A stretch of DNA of 64,000 nucleotides from assembly GCF_963921235.1 (NCBI RefSeq), contig NC_086097.1:114268001-114332000 (forward strand), read 5' to 3'. A program made the position numbers and the translations under genes. The notes beneath the pieces were generated by a model. The model saw nothing but the letters and a program-made list of their open reading frames with translations, was not told the DNA's origin and did no database searches. The first letter of the stretch is position 1. Every line of letters begins with the position of its first letter. Shown here piece by piece: positions 63,301 through 64,000 of this stretch. The DNA is from Mobula hypostoma (lineage: Eukaryota).

Positions 63301-64000
63301 CACTGGAGCCCCTGGCAATTGGCATTAGGGGCCACACACACATTAAGGGCATTAAGTTGGGCAATATTGAGACCCGTGTGACTTTGTACGCAGACGACCT
63401 CCTTGTCTGTCTAGCCGACCCATCCTACTAGAATATATAAATTACTTCGGGAGTATTTCTGGCTATACCATAAATTGGGGAAAGAGCGAATTCATGTCCT
63501 TAGTGGATCAATTTACTGAAAACTTCCTGAAAAAGTTGCCTTTTAGAGTAGAGAAGGACTGTTTCACCTACTTGGTGATTAAACTGGTTAAGAACCCAAA
63601 GCATCTTTTCAAACTTAATTTTATAGAATCTTTAGAAAAACTCAGAACAAATATCGAGTCCTGGAGGATACTGCTCTTATCCATGATTGGATGGGTAAAT
63701 GCGATTAAAATGGTGAGCCTACCCAGGTTTCTATATCTTTTTCAAAACCTGCCTATATATTTAAATGCATCCTTTTTCAAGAAACTTGACTCTATTATAT
63801 TGCCCTTTGTGTGGGGCTACAAATCACACAGGATATCTAAGGCTCTCCTACACAAACCTCTTAAGAAGGGTGGTCTTGGTCTGCCAAATTTCAGACATTA
63901 CTACTGGGCAGCTAACTCCAGGGCTCTTACATACTGGAAATGTGGAGGTGATGAGACCCAAGTTGTTAAATATTCTTCACTTCCCGCTCTCCTGCTTTCC
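60305..64000 (+). mobile_element. L1-clade LINE, degraded ORF1 (~60305-60985) and ORF2 (from 61298), running off the window
   Basis: ORF1 LSDLEGRSRRNNIKIVGVPE...IDRAHR; ORF2 SWNVRGL, LQET, NIYGPN, GGDFN, SDHSP, GKAAGPHGF, QGDPLSPLLF, YADD (63387-63398), GGLGLP. Confidence 0.93.

Noticed and set aside
20257..64000. RT ORFs as bacterial retrons, group II introns or DGRs
   Set aside because: All have eukaryotic LINE, Penelope or retroviral motifs, tails and TSDs.

Overview
Vertebrate nuclear DNA, most likely a cartilaginous fish (ray/shark-type repeat landscape; this is inferred). It is not prokaryotic: there are no operons, rRNA/tRNA genes or CRISPR. Most of the window is transposon-derived: CR1 LINEs (one near full-length with an esterase ORF1), Penelope-like elements, Rex1/Babar, RTE, L1, an RNase H-bearing Nimb/I-type LINE, an R4/Dong fragment, Tc1 and pogo/Tigger DNA transposons, a V-SINE, a deleted Gypsy element, a solo LTR and a degraded class I endogenous retrovirus. 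The only host gene I can support is exon 1 of a cytochrome b5 gene (38993-39118, +). Its exon 2 is not visible, so everything downstream is probably intron 1. The most notable observations are: (i) minimal hammerhead ribozyme motifs in Penelope terminal repeats, including an intact one on a young element with a 14-bp TSD; (ii) MITEs that closely resemble the mammalian MER2 consensus as I recall it, suggesting possible horizontal transfer; (iii) a young LINE inserted about 200 bp upstream of the cyb5 start codon, duplicating a DR1-like motif; (iv) a Penelope copy with a twin-priming-type inversion; (v) deep transposon nests with readable TSDs; (vi) a ~98% identical duplication at a 16,360-bp offset. 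I found no convincing evidence of a wholly new biological system. Boundaries without TSDs are approximate.
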